From: an uncultured Gammaproteobacteria bacterium
GTDB taxonomy: Bacteria > Patescibacteriota > Microgenomatia > UBA10105 > UBA927
NCBI GenBank assembly: GCA_964449585.1
Contig: CAYUZE010000003.1
Coordinates: 4,021-68,020, forward strand
Reading direction: 5' to 3'
DNA: 64,000 bases
The notes under the pieces are model-generated. The model was not told the origin of the DNA and searched no databases. It saw nothing but the letters and a program-made list of their open reading frames with translations. The position numbers were made by a program, and so were the translations under genes. Below, in pieces: positions 10,183 to 19,061 of the stretch (within the stretch, counting starts at the first letter, position 1; every line of letters begins with the position of its first letter).

Positions 10183-11622
10183 TTATGTAAGACGGGGGAA
10201 GAGTGGTGCACCCGTCGTTATCGTTGAACCGGAAAACTGTCTGATAATTTTTTCCGCGGTTTCCGGCATAAACGGCCGTAATAAAATGGCGATCGAACGA
10301 ATGGCGGTTATTGCCGTTTCAAGCGCCTGCTGTTTTTTCTCTCCCTCGAGTTTCCACGGCGCGGTATCATTGATGTGTTGATCGGCTGCTTTAATGTCAA
10401 TCCACACCGATTTTATCGCTTCGTCAAAGGCGAACTTTTTAAGCGATGTTTCGTATTCGGTTTGTGCGATGGCTTGTGCAAAATCGCCGATGTCATAAGG
10501 GGCAAACGTAAGACCTTCGGCAAGTTTCGCCACACGGGAAACCAGGTTCCCTAAACCGTTTGCCAAATCGGCATTATAGAGTTCGATGAATCGCCGTTCG
10601 GAAAAATCTCCGTCAGCGGTTGCAGGTATCTCTCGCAAAAAATAATACCGAATCGCATCCGTTCCGTATTTATCAATCAGCGTATGCGGATCGATCACAT
10701 TTCCTAACGTTTTACTCATCTTCTGTCCGTTCACGGTGAAGTATCCGTGGACAAAGAGAGCCTTTGGGGTGGGAAGGCCTGCGGAAAGTAAAAATGCCGG
10801 CCAATATACCGCATGAAACCGTGATATGCCTTTGCCGATCACATGGACATCCGCTGGCCACCATTTTTTGTATTCGTTTTCATCCCAACCGAATCCGACT
10901 CCGGATTGATAAATGTTTAACGCATCAAACCATACGTACATGCGCTGGGTATCGTCACCCGGTACCGGGACTCCCCAGTTTTTTGCCCGCTCATTGCTTC
11001 GGGATATGCTTATGTCCGTGAGCGGTTGCTTAAGAAATGACAACACTTCATTTTTCCGCGTAAGCGGCGTGATGGAAAGTTTGTCCGTCTCAATCAGGTG
11101 TATGATTTTGTCCTGATACTTTGACAGACGGAAAAAGTAATTTTCTTCTTTGACGACATCCAATTTTTTCCCGGGATGTTCAAAACACTCGCCGTTCTCA
11201 TTGAGTTCTTCGGGCTCGTAAAACGTTTCGCATCCCACACAGTAAAGTCCCTCGTAGGATTTTTTGTAGATATCTCCGGCTTTATCGCAGAGTTGCCATA
11301 GTGTTTGGCTGGCGGGGAAGTGATGGTTCGTATCACTGCCTTTCTGCCAGATATCGAACTGACAGCCTAGGGCCTTGGTAAGTTCATAAAACTTCGTATT
11401 ATTTTCATCGATAAATTGTTGTACGGGAACGCCGGCCTTTTCCGCCGCCTGCACATTTTTTAAAGCATTCTCATCGCCTCCGGATAGTAACCGCACATCA
11501 TCACCTAACAGGCGGTGAAACCGTGCGATCACGTCTCCCTGAACGAACTCGAGCGCGTGTCCTATGTGGGGAGCGGCATTAACGTAGGGGATAGCGCAGG
11601 TAATATAGAATTTGTTTGTCAT
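10183..11622 (-). CDS. metG: methionyl-tRNA synthetase (short form)
   Basis: HIGH motif (PHIGHALE) and KMSKT motif. The start is placed at MTNKFYITCAIPYVN rather than the upstream ATG. Confidence 0.9.
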   Translation of the reverse strand: MTNKFYITCAIPYVNAAPHIGHALEFVQGDVIARFHRLLGDDVRLLSGGDENALKNVQAAEKAGVPVQQFIDENNTKFYELTKALGCQFDIWQKGSDTNHHFPASQTLWQLCDKAGDIYKKSYEGLYCVGCETFYEPEELNENGECFEHPGKKLDVVKEENYFFRLSKYQDKIIHLIETDKLSITPLTRKNEVLSFLKQPLTDISISRSNERAKNWGVPVPGDDTQRMYVWFDALNIYQSGVGFGWDENEYKKWWPADVHVIGKGISRFHAVYWPAFLLSAGLPTPKALFVHGYFTVNGQKMSKTLGNVIDPHTLIDKYGTDAIRYYFLREIPATADGDFSERRFIELYNADLANGLGNLVSRVAKLAEGLTFAPYDIGDFAQAIAQTEYETSLKKFAFDEAIKSVWIDIKAADQHINDTAPWKLEGEKKQQALETAITAIRSIAILLRPFMPETAEKIIRQFSGSTITTGAPLFPRLT

Positions 11623-11648
11623 ACTCCGTATTTTACTACATTCGGTAT

Positions 11649-11930
11649 TTAGCCGATGGGGGGTTCTCCTTTCCATTTGTTTATGCCTCTTTGTACATCG
11701 GCTGCTTCCTCGTAGGGAAGCAGTTCGGAAAGCGATACCACTCGTACCGGCACCGCCTGCGAATACATCTTTTTCCGTTTGGTAAATCCGTGAAGCGACA
11801 TATCTATCGAATGATTTTGGATAAGCACACGCGCACAGTCTCCCTCGGCTGTTATCAGCGTGACGTCATAGACGGTACCGTCGATGGGTAATCGATAGGT
11901 TTTTCCGATAGTGAATTGTTCGTGATTCAT
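11649..11930 (-). CDS. hypothetical protein
   Basis: 93-aa ORF upstream of metG on the same strand, with no recognisable motif. Confidence 0.3.
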   Translation of the reverse strand: MNHEQFTIGKTYRLPIDGTVYDVTLITAEGDCARVLIQNHSIDMSLHGFTKRKKMYSQAVPVRVVSLSELLPYEEAADVQRGINKWKGEPPIG

Positions 11931-11955
11931 AGTTACGCTATACCTCCAATGACAA

Positions 11956-11983
11956 CAAAAAAACCCCGCCTGGCGGGGTTTGA
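11956..11983 (-). terminator. Rho-independent terminator hairpin
   Basis: CCCCGCC-tg-GCGGGG stem flanked by an A-run on one side and a T-run on the other. It lies downstream of the 12085-12405 gene on the minus strand. Confidence 0.5.
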
Positions 11984-12084
11984 TGTTTCCATGAGCAAAC
12001 CTCCGTCAGCCGGATGTGTTTGCCATCATCATGGAAATGCGATTCGTCATGTCAGCGGTAACTATAGCACAAACGGCGCTCTTT

Positions 12085-12405
12085 TCAAACCGTTGTATCC
12101 TTCCAAAGGTACTCAAGGGCAATAATGCAGGCGATCATCAGCAGGAAATACAACGGATGCTTTAATCCCAGCATACGGAGCAAAAGATAGAGAACTATCC
12201 CCGCGGCGATAACGAGCGAACGACGGATACTACCGCCCAGGTATAACGAAAATAGTACTACCGCCGAGGCAAGCAAAACAAAGAATATGCCGATGGGGAC
12301 AAACGAATCAGGCGGCACGAGCGTAATAAACGCGGAAAGCAGAATAAGACCGGTTACCGCAAAAAAAAGGTGGAGGGGATTTTTGGACACGCGTATTCTC
12401 TCCAT
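12085..12405 (-). CDS. hypothetical small membrane protein
   Basis: 106 aa with 3 predicted TM segments. Confidence 0.3.
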   Translation of the reverse strand: MERIRVSKNPLHLFFAVTGLILLSAFITLVPPDSFVPIGIFFVLLASAVVLFSLYLGGSIRRSLVIAAGIVLYLLLRMLGLKHPLYFLLMIACIIALEYLWKDTTV

Positions 12406-12440
12406 ATATTTATTGTAGGCGAGTTTAGGAGCGTGCTACA

Positions 12441-13481
12441 ATGGGTGCGATCATGAACCCCGATTTTTTTATCCTCGTTGGCGTTATCATTGTCGGTTTC
12501 GTTATTCTCGCCTTGCTGATAAAACAAGAGTTGTCCCGTCTTGGACAACACCGGCAGGATCCGACGCTCATCGAATGGTTGCGGTCCATGCAGCTCTCCA
12601 TTGAGAGCACGAACAAAGCGTTAAACGAGGCGATGCGCGGGCAAACCACCGACGTCAACCGCCTTTTACAACAAAACACCCGGCAACTGAATGAACGCCT
12701 TGATACGGCGGCACGTGTTATCGGGGATCTTAAGCAAAATCTGGGGGAAATGTCCGAAGTAGGCAAGGGCATCCGCAGTTTGCAGGAATTTTTACAGTCA
12801 CCCAAACTGCGGGGGAACATCGGGGAACAGGTGCTCTATGACATGATCGGACAATCGTTTCCGAAAAATTCCTTTCATTTGCAATACGCGTTCAAAAGCG
12901 GGGTGAAGGTCGATGCGGTGCTAAAAACCGATGCGGGGCTTTTGTGTGTGGACTCCAAGTTCCCTATGGAAAACTTCACAAAGATGCATAAGGGGTTAAC
13001 GGAGGCGGACAGAACACAGGCGAAGAAAGATTTCGTCGGTGACGTCAAAAAACACATCACGGATATCGGGAAAAAATATATCTTACCCGAAGAAGGAACC
13101 ATGGATTTTGCGCTTATGTATATCCCGAGTGAGGGAGTCTATTACGAGATCGCCAACATGGAGGATCTCATGACCTATGCACGCAAACAGCGCGTCTATC
13201 CGGTATCTCCCAACACGCTCTACGCGCATTTACAGGTATTACTCCTCTCTTTCCAGGGCAAAGATTTGGAACAGAAATCACGACGGTTATTTCAGCTTCT
13301 TCGCGGTATCCAAAAGGACTATACAAAAATTGAAGAGGGTTTGGGAACGCTCGGCAAGCATATCAATAATGCCTATAATTCCATGGGAAGCGTTTCCGGA
13401 TCATTTTCGTTGCTCGGGCAAAAATTAACCCAGACCCAGGTGCTCGAAACCGAGGAGGAAGAGAAAAAACAACTTGAGTAA
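12441..13481 (+). CDS. rmuC: DNA recombination protein RmuC
   Basis: N-terminal TM plus coiled coil. The C-terminal region (VDAVLKTDAGLLCVDSKFP, DFALMYIPSEGVYYE, VYPVSPNTLYAHL) aligns with the E. coli RmuC nuclease-like domain. Confidence 0.7.
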   Translation: MGAIMNPDFFILVGVIIVGFVILALLIKQELSRLGQHRQDPTLIEWLRSMQLSIESTNKALNEAMRGQTTDVNRLLQQNTRQLNERLDTAARVIGDLKQNLGEMSEVGKGIRSLQEFLQSPKLRGNIGEQVLYDMIGQSFPKNSFHLQYAFKSGVKVDAVLKTDAGLLCVDSKFPMENFTKMHKGLTEADRTQAKKDFVGDVKKHITDIGKKYILPEEGTMDFALMYIPSEGVYYEIANMEDLMTYARKQRVYPVSPNTLYAHLQVLLLSFQGKDLEQKSRRLFQLLRGIQKDYTKIEEGLGTLGKHINNAYNSMGSVSGSFSLLGQKLTQTQVLETEEEEKKQLE

Positions 13482-14031
13482 TCCTATGAAAAACGCACTC
13501 ATTCTTCACGGTACGGCAAATGACCATACAGGTAATTGGTTTCCGTGGTTAACCCGCGAGTTGGAAAAGCGGGGATTTCTTGTCTATTGTCCCGACCTTC
13601 CCCGACCGGAACGTCCGAATATCGATCGGTACACCAATCATATTTTGGCTCATTGGCAACCGACGAATGATTCAATCATCGTCGGTCATTCCTCGGGAGC
13701 CGTAGAGATTTTGGGTTTGCTCCCTCGAATTCCTGAGAATGTGGTTGTTGCAAAAGCCATACTGGTTGCGGGATTTACCGATTCGCTGGGAGATACGAAA
13801 TCGGAACTTTTTGCTACCCCGTTTGATTACCCGACGATTAAGAAAAAAGCGAGAAAATTCATATTTTTTCACTCGGATACCGATCCGTATGTTCCGTTAT
13901 ATCACGGGGAGAAACTCAAGGCACTCCTCGGTGGGGAGCTTATTATCGTTCCTGATCAGGGGCATTTTAATTTGGAAAAAGGTCCGCAGTATAAGGAGTT
14001 CCCCCTGTTGCTCGAAAAGATACTCGAGTAG
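13474..14031 (+). CDS. YdeN/RBBP9-like serine hydrolase
   Basis: LILHGTANDH, a GHSSG nucleophile and candidate triad residues Asp (SDTDPYV) and His (QGHF). It overlaps rmuC by 8 bp. Confidence 0.6.
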   Translation: MSNPMKNALILHGTANDHTGNWFPWLTRELEKRGFLVYCPDLPRPERPNIDRYTNHILAHWQPTNDSIIVGHSSGAVEILGLLPRIPENVVVAKAILVAGFTDSLGDTKSELFATPFDYPTIKKKARKFIFFHSDTDPYVPLYHGEKLKALLGGELIIVPDQGHFNLEKGPQYKEFPLLLEKILE

Positions 14032-14048
14032 GTTATAATGACTGCATC

Positions 14049-16994
14049 ATGGCAAGCGTCCCCGTAAGCGGTAAAACACTTAACGTAGAGCAACAGTCAG
14101 CGGTACTCTTCGGTGACGGACCGCTTCTTATCATTGCCGGTGCGGGAACGGGCAAAACCACCGTCGTCACGGAACGCATCAAGCATCTCATCGCTTCGGG
14201 TAAAGCACTTCCTTCTGAAATACTTGCGCTCACCTTCACGGAAAAAGCCGCCAAAGAAATGGAGGAGCGGGTTGATGTCATCATGCCGTACGGCTATACG
14301 AACATGTGGATATCCACCTTCCACAAATTTTGCGACAGACTGCTTCGCCAGGAAGCGATCCACGTGGGATTAAATCCCGCCTATAAACTTATGACGGATA
14401 CGGATGCGACCATGGTTTTTCGGAATCATTTATATGATTTTCAGCTTCAGTATTTCCGTCCGTTAGGGAATCCCACCAAATTTATTAAGGGCATGTTACA
14501 GCATATATCGCGGTTGCAGGATGAAGACATATCTCCCGATGCCTATCTCAAATGGGTGAAGGAGAAAAAATCAAAAGTCACCGGTGAAGAAGAAGAACTT
14601 GAAGTACAAAAATATGAGGAACTTGCCGGCTGTTACAAAATGTACCAGGACATAAAAGTACGGGAAGGGCTCATGGATTTCGGGGATCTCATCACCCGGA
14701 CGCTCTCACTCCTAAGGGAACGGAAGAATATATTACGTTTTTATCAGAAACAGTTTAAGTATGTTTTGGTTGACGAATTTCAGGATACCAATATCGCACA
14801 AAATGAACTGGTCGTACTCTTATCCGGCACAAAACAGAATATCACTGCGGTATGTGACGATGACCAAAGTATCTATAAATTCCGGGGGGCTGCGGTATCC
14901 AACGTGTTAAGTTTTCGGAAACATTTTCCCAAGGCAAAACTCATCGTCTTGAGCCAAAACTACCGTTCTTCGCAGGCGATTCTCGATGCAAGTTATCAGC
15001 TGATTCAAAACAACAACCCCGATAGGTTAGAGGTCAAGGAACATATCAATAAGAAGCTTACCGCCACACGAGATACGGCGGCGGTATGGCCGACACTTAT
15101 ATATGTCGATCGGGTGGAAAATGAAGCCGATGAAGTGGCTAAAAAAATACATACGCTGGTTTCCTCCGGGGATCGCGACGCTTCGTATGAGTGGAAGGAT
15201 ATTGCGATTCTTGTGCGTGCCAATAATCATGCGGAGCCGTTTGTTCGTGCGTTCATACGCCATAACATCCCGTATCAATTCTTGGGTCCCGGACAGTTAT
15301 TCCGCCAGCCGGAAATAAAGGATCTTATTGCCTATCTTCAGGTAATACATAATTTTGAAGACAGCGTGGCTCTTTTCCGTATTTATTCTATGGAATACTT
15401 TGCCATGAACGCCCGTGATATCTCCGCCGTGACCATTTTTGCCAAAAAACAGAACATGTCGCTTTTTGAAGCGAGCGAGATAATTGCGGGGACTACCGTC
15501 CGCGAGGGAATAACTCCTCCTAATATCTCTCAAGATACGACCGCAAAGATTACCTCGCTTATCACGATGATCCATAAGCACCTCGGACTCGTGACGCAGG
15601 AGAGTGCGGGACAGATACTATTTTATTTTCTTTCCGATACCGGCATGCTGAAAAATATTCTTGAATATAGCGCTCCGATCGACGAAAAAATCGCCAACAA
15701 CGTTTCCAAATTTTTCAGCAAACTTAAGACGTACGAGACGGATCATGATGATGCAAGTGTTACGGCGGTTCTCGACTGGATTGAATTATCGATGGATTTA
15801 GGAGAGTCGCCGCTTTCCGGAGATACCGACTGGACGACCAACAACGCCGTCAATATTCTTTCGGTGCACGGCTCGAAAGGATTGGAGTTTCCTGTCGTTT
15901 TCCTGGTGAACATGGTGTCGGCGCGGTTTCCCACAACGGAAAGAAGGGAAACGATCCCCATCCCCGAGGAGCTTATTAAGGAAGATTTACCGGAAGGGGA
16001 TTATCATTTGCAGGAAGAGCGGCGACTTTGTTATGTCGGTATGACGAGGGCACGGGATCTGTTGTTTTTCACCGGGGCAAATTATTACGGTGAAGGAAAG
16101 CGCGAGAAAAAACTCTCGCCGTTTGTGCATGAGGTGATCCGTGATACGGCGATTATTCCGCCGCATGAACAACCGGAACAGATATCGCTCCTGGATTGGA
16201 AGAAAAACGAACAGAAAAACAGCAATGAGTCGAAGGCATCTCCCGTGACCGTGACATACCTTTCCTATTCGCAGATAGAAACGTTCCGATTATGTCCGTT
16301 GCACTACAAACTGCGCTACCTCCTCAATATTCCCACACCGCCGTCCGCTTCATCATCATTCGGTACAAGTATTCATAACGCACTCTTTGATTTTTATTCC
16401 CTTCATGCAAAAGGGGAGAAGGTAACCAAGGCGATTCTTTTGTCATTGCTGGACAAGCGATGGAAACACGAAGGGTATGAAACGAAAGCACGGGAAGCAC
16501 TGCTTCATAAAAAAGGAGAAGAATATTTATCCCAGTACTATACCGATCAATATGACAAAAAAACGACGGTGGCCGCGCTCGAACAGCCGTTTACCGTTGC
16601 GGTTACGCATGAGGGGAAGTCGGTAAAAATCGGAGGAAAGATTGATCGTATTGACGTTCTTCCCGATGGGAAAATAGAAATTATCGACTATAAAACGGGA
16701 AGAATGCCGAGCAAAAGGGAGGTTGATGCCAATCTCCAGCTATCCATTTATGCCTTGGCGGCAAGTTCCATACCGGGTTTGCCGTTTGGCAAACGGAGCG
16801 AAGACATCCTCCTCTCGTTATATTTTTTCGATACGAAAACAAAAGTTTCCACGACACGAACCGAAGCACAACTTGAAAGCGAGCGGGCAGCGATAATCGG
16901 TATCGCAAAACAGATTGAAGGCTCCGATTTCCGTTGTTCCGGTAACATCCTCTGTAAAGAATGCGAATATCGTATGTTTTGCGGGATATCGTAG
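14049..16994 (+). CDS. UvrD/PcrA-family SF1 helicase fused to a C-terminal PD-(D/E)XK (Cas4/AddB-like) nuclease domain
   Basis: Walker A GAGTGKTT plus helicase motifs. The C-terminus has IDRID...EIIDYK and a Cys cluster (C...CKECEYRMFC) consistent with an Fe-S nuclease. Confidence 0.8.
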   Translation: MASVPVSGKTLNVEQQSAVLFGDGPLLIIAGAGTGKTTVVTERIKHLIASGKALPSEILALTFTEKAAKEMEERVDVIMPYGYTNMWISTFHKFCDRLLRQEAIHVGLNPAYKLMTDTDATMVFRNHLYDFQLQYFRPLGNPTKFIKGMLQHISRLQDEDISPDAYLKWVKEKKSKVTGEEEELEVQKYEELAGCYKMYQDIKVREGLMDFGDLITRTLSLLRERKNILRFYQKQFKYVLVDEFQDTNIAQNELVVLLSGTKQNITAVCDDDQSIYKFRGAAVSNVLSFRKHFPKAKLIVLSQNYRSSQAILDASYQLIQNNNPDRLEVKEHINKKLTATRDTAAVWPTLIYVDRVENEADEVAKKIHTLVSSGDRDASYEWKDIAILVRANNHAEPFVRAFIRHNIPYQFLGPGQLFRQPEIKDLIAYLQVIHNFEDSVALFRIYSMEYFAMNARDISAVTIFAKKQNMSLFEASEIIAGTTVREGITPPNISQDTTAKITSLITMIHKHLGLVTQESAGQILFYFLSDTGMLKNILEYSAPIDEKIANNVSKFFSKLKTYETDHDDASVTAVLDWIELSMDLGESPLSGDTDWTTNNAVNILSVHGSKGLEFPVVFLVNMVSARFPTTERRETIPIPEELIKEDLPEGDYHLQEERRLCYVGMTRARDLLFFTGANYYGEGKREKKLSPFVHEVIRDTAIIPPHEQPEQISLLDWKKNEQKNSNESKASPVTVTYLSYSQIETFRLCPLHYKLRYLLNIPTPPSASSSFGTSIHNALFDFYSLHAKGEKVTKAILLSLLDKRWKHEGYETKAREALLHKKGEEYLSQYYTDQYDKKTTVAALEQPFTVAVTHEGKSVKIGGKIDRIDVLPDGKIEIIDYKTGRMPSKREVDANLQLSIYALAASSIPGLPFGKRSEDILLSLYFFDTKTKVSTTRTEAQLESERAAIIGIAKQIEGSDFRCSGNILCKECEYRMFCGIS

Positions 16995-17002
16995 CGGTGA
17001 AG

Positions 17003-17827
17003 TCAGGGGAGCGGATAATACAACTCATTTCCTCCGAATCCTTCTTTGAATTTCGTAAAACCCTTCCACTCCGTGTTTTTGTTCGCGATTCGTTCGTCCC
17101 ATACACCGACAAAATCAAATGCGGTCATTTTTCGTAGCTTTGCAAGTTTTATCGCCTCCCACACAAGAAGCGTCGGGGCAAAAAGTTTTTTCCCGTGACG
17201 GCTTGCTCCCGCGATCCAGTAATAGCCGATATGATCGCAAAAGAGCATGAGTACGGTACCCACCGCTTTCCCTTTTGGATCATAGGCAAAAAGAATCGCT
17301 TTATTTTTTTTCGGCAAAATTTCCCACAATTTGGTAATACCCGTGGTGGTGATAAATCCCAATAATCCCGCAGATCTATTTTTTAGGGTAACCATCGCGG
17401 ATATATCTTCGGAAACCTTGGTGGTTACTCCTGCTTTGAGCGCTCTGCGCACCGCGCGGCGCTTTGCCTCGCTCAATCGGGAAAACAATTCATCTTCTGA
17501 CTTGGTAAGCGGGATGCGTATGGTTTTTGTGGGAATATAGGGATCCTTGTTTATGGTCATATCTTTCGCCATCGTATTTGTCCACCGGGTGAGATCAGTC
17601 TGTCGTACCCTACTGTCAGGCTCAATGACAAGCGTCCGAACGCCGTAAGACTGGAGGATCCGCAGGAGTTTCTTCCGGTCGGGAAGTTTTACGCATCGCT
17701 GGATTTTTGCTATACCGCCGACAAACCAAAACGGTCTGATGTAAATAAACGTTCCGTCGAGGATTTCCACTTTCCAACCCAATGAGCGGATATATTTCGC
17801 ATAAAGCGGTGATTGTTGTATTTCCAT
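17003..17827 (-). CDS. FemAB-family peptidyl/aminoacyl transferase (peptidoglycan interpeptide bridge)
   Basis: N-terminal region resembling FemAB-family transferases; similarity recognised by eye only. Paralogous to the upstream gene. The start is at MEIQQSPLYAKY. Confidence 0.6.
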   Translation of the reverse strand: MEIQQSPLYAKYIRSLGWKVEILDGTFIYIRPFWFVGGIAKIQRCVKLPDRKKLLRILQSYGVRTLVIEPDSRVRQTDLTRWTNTMAKDMTINKDPYIPTKTIRIPLTKSEDELFSRLSEAKRRAVRRALKAGVTTKVSEDISAMVTLKNRSAGLLGFITTTGITKLWEILPKKNKAILFAYDPKGKAVGTVLMLFCDHIGYYWIAGASRHGKKLFAPTLLVWEAIKLAKLRKMTAFDFVGVWDERIANKNTEWKGFTKFKEGFGGNELYYPLP

Positions 17828-17835
17828 AACGATGT

Positions 17836-18822
17836 TTAGGCGGTGCGCTTGAGGAAAAACCAACGAATGCTATCCGCGAGTATATATAGCTTATACAAGA
17901 ACGGCGATAGAACAAGATCAAATGAGCCCGCGTAGGTAACGTGCCGGGGGCGGAATCCCTGCTTAAACCGGTGGAACCCGAACCACGGATCATCGGGGTC
18001 GGGGTGTTCTCCCAATGCGCCCCACAGGTCGAAAGAATGATACCCGTTCCGTTTTGCCCAACGGGCAATCTCCCAGAGGAGAAGGGTCGGTGCCATAACT
18101 TCCCTATGCAAGCTGCTGGATGCACCGTACGGATAATAGACCGTTTTGTTCCAACAAAAGAGTACCCATGCGGCAAGCACCATTCCCTGATAGCGGGCGG
18201 TAAAAAGTTTAGCGATTCCCGCTTTACCGAGCGTATCCCACATGGTTTGGTGGTACGTCGTATCATGTGCGTAAAAGCCCTGGCGGGACGTGGTTTCGCT
18301 GCTTAGTCGAAGATATTCTCCAAATGCATCGGGCGACGTCTCTTCGGTGACCGTTACCCCGTGCTTTTGTGCAACCCGTAGATTATATCGGGTCTTGGGA
18401 TGCATGGCGGCAAGGAGCTCGTCTTCCGATTTAGTGAGGTCCAAAATAAATGAGTGGGGTGTGAAAAGCGGATGATGGGAAGGGACAAGTGCGGGTGCCT
18501 CTTTCGGAACGTCAAATTTGTTTTTTTCAACATCGGGTTCCAGTTGAATATAAATTGCTTTTTTTTCTTTTCCGAGTTTGGTCAATGCTTCAAGCATGGA
18601 TGGGGTAATGGAGGGTCCTTTCGGAAAGTATCCGACGGTGAATGGAACGTACGGCAATTTATGAAAGGTGATTTGCCAATTACGGAGGCGTGCAACATCG
18701 ATGCCCATGCGTTTTCTAAACTCGCCCCATTCCCAACTTTGTAACGGATGATTGACCTTGGTATTCCATACTGCGCCGCTTGTCGGTGTATGGTCTGCGG
18801 AGGGTTTTTTGGTTATCGGCAT
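17836..18822 (-). CDS. FemAB-family peptidyl/aminoacyl transferase
   Basis: WEWGEFRKRMG and an acyl-CoA N-acyltransferase-like C-terminal half. Confidence 0.6.
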   Translation of the reverse strand: MPITKKPSADHTPTSGAVWNTKVNHPLQSWEWGEFRKRMGIDVARLRNWQITFHKLPYVPFTVGYFPKGPSITPSMLEALTKLGKEKKAIYIQLEPDVEKNKFDVPKEAPALVPSHHPLFTPHSFILDLTKSEDELLAAMHPKTRYNLRVAQKHGVTVTEETSPDAFGEYLRLSSETTSRQGFYAHDTTYHQTMWDTLGKAGIAKLFTARYQGMVLAAWVLFCWNKTVYYPYGASSSLHREVMAPTLLLWEIARWAKRNGYHSFDLWGALGEHPDPDDPWFGFHRFKQGFRPRHVTYAGSFDLVLSPFLYKLYILADSIRWFFLKRTA

Positions 18823-18866
18823 ACCCGTATTATGGCGCTTTTATGCATGTGGTACAATATTTACCG

Positions 18867-19061
18867 ATGAAGATGAAAAAGATAAATAAGAAAGAACAGT
18901 CCCTCGGTTGGTTGCCTGTTGATAGCCGTTTGATCACCCCGTTACTTTCATTCAGTCACGTCAAAGGCGTCGCAAAACTTTTTCTTATCGTTGAGATGAC
19001 GCTCGCCTTAAGCGTGGTTGTCGGTACCTTTGTTATCCTTCTTTTTCACTTTGTTTCCTAA
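18867..19061 (+). CDS. possible small leaderless membrane protein
   Basis: The ATG lies 8 bp after an extended -10 (TGGTACAAT, 18850-18858). 64 aa with a C-terminal TM segment. Weak call. Confidence 0.2.
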   Translation: MKMKKINKKEQSLGWLPVDSRLITPLLSFSHVKGVAKLFLIVEMTLALSVVVGTFVILLFHFVS

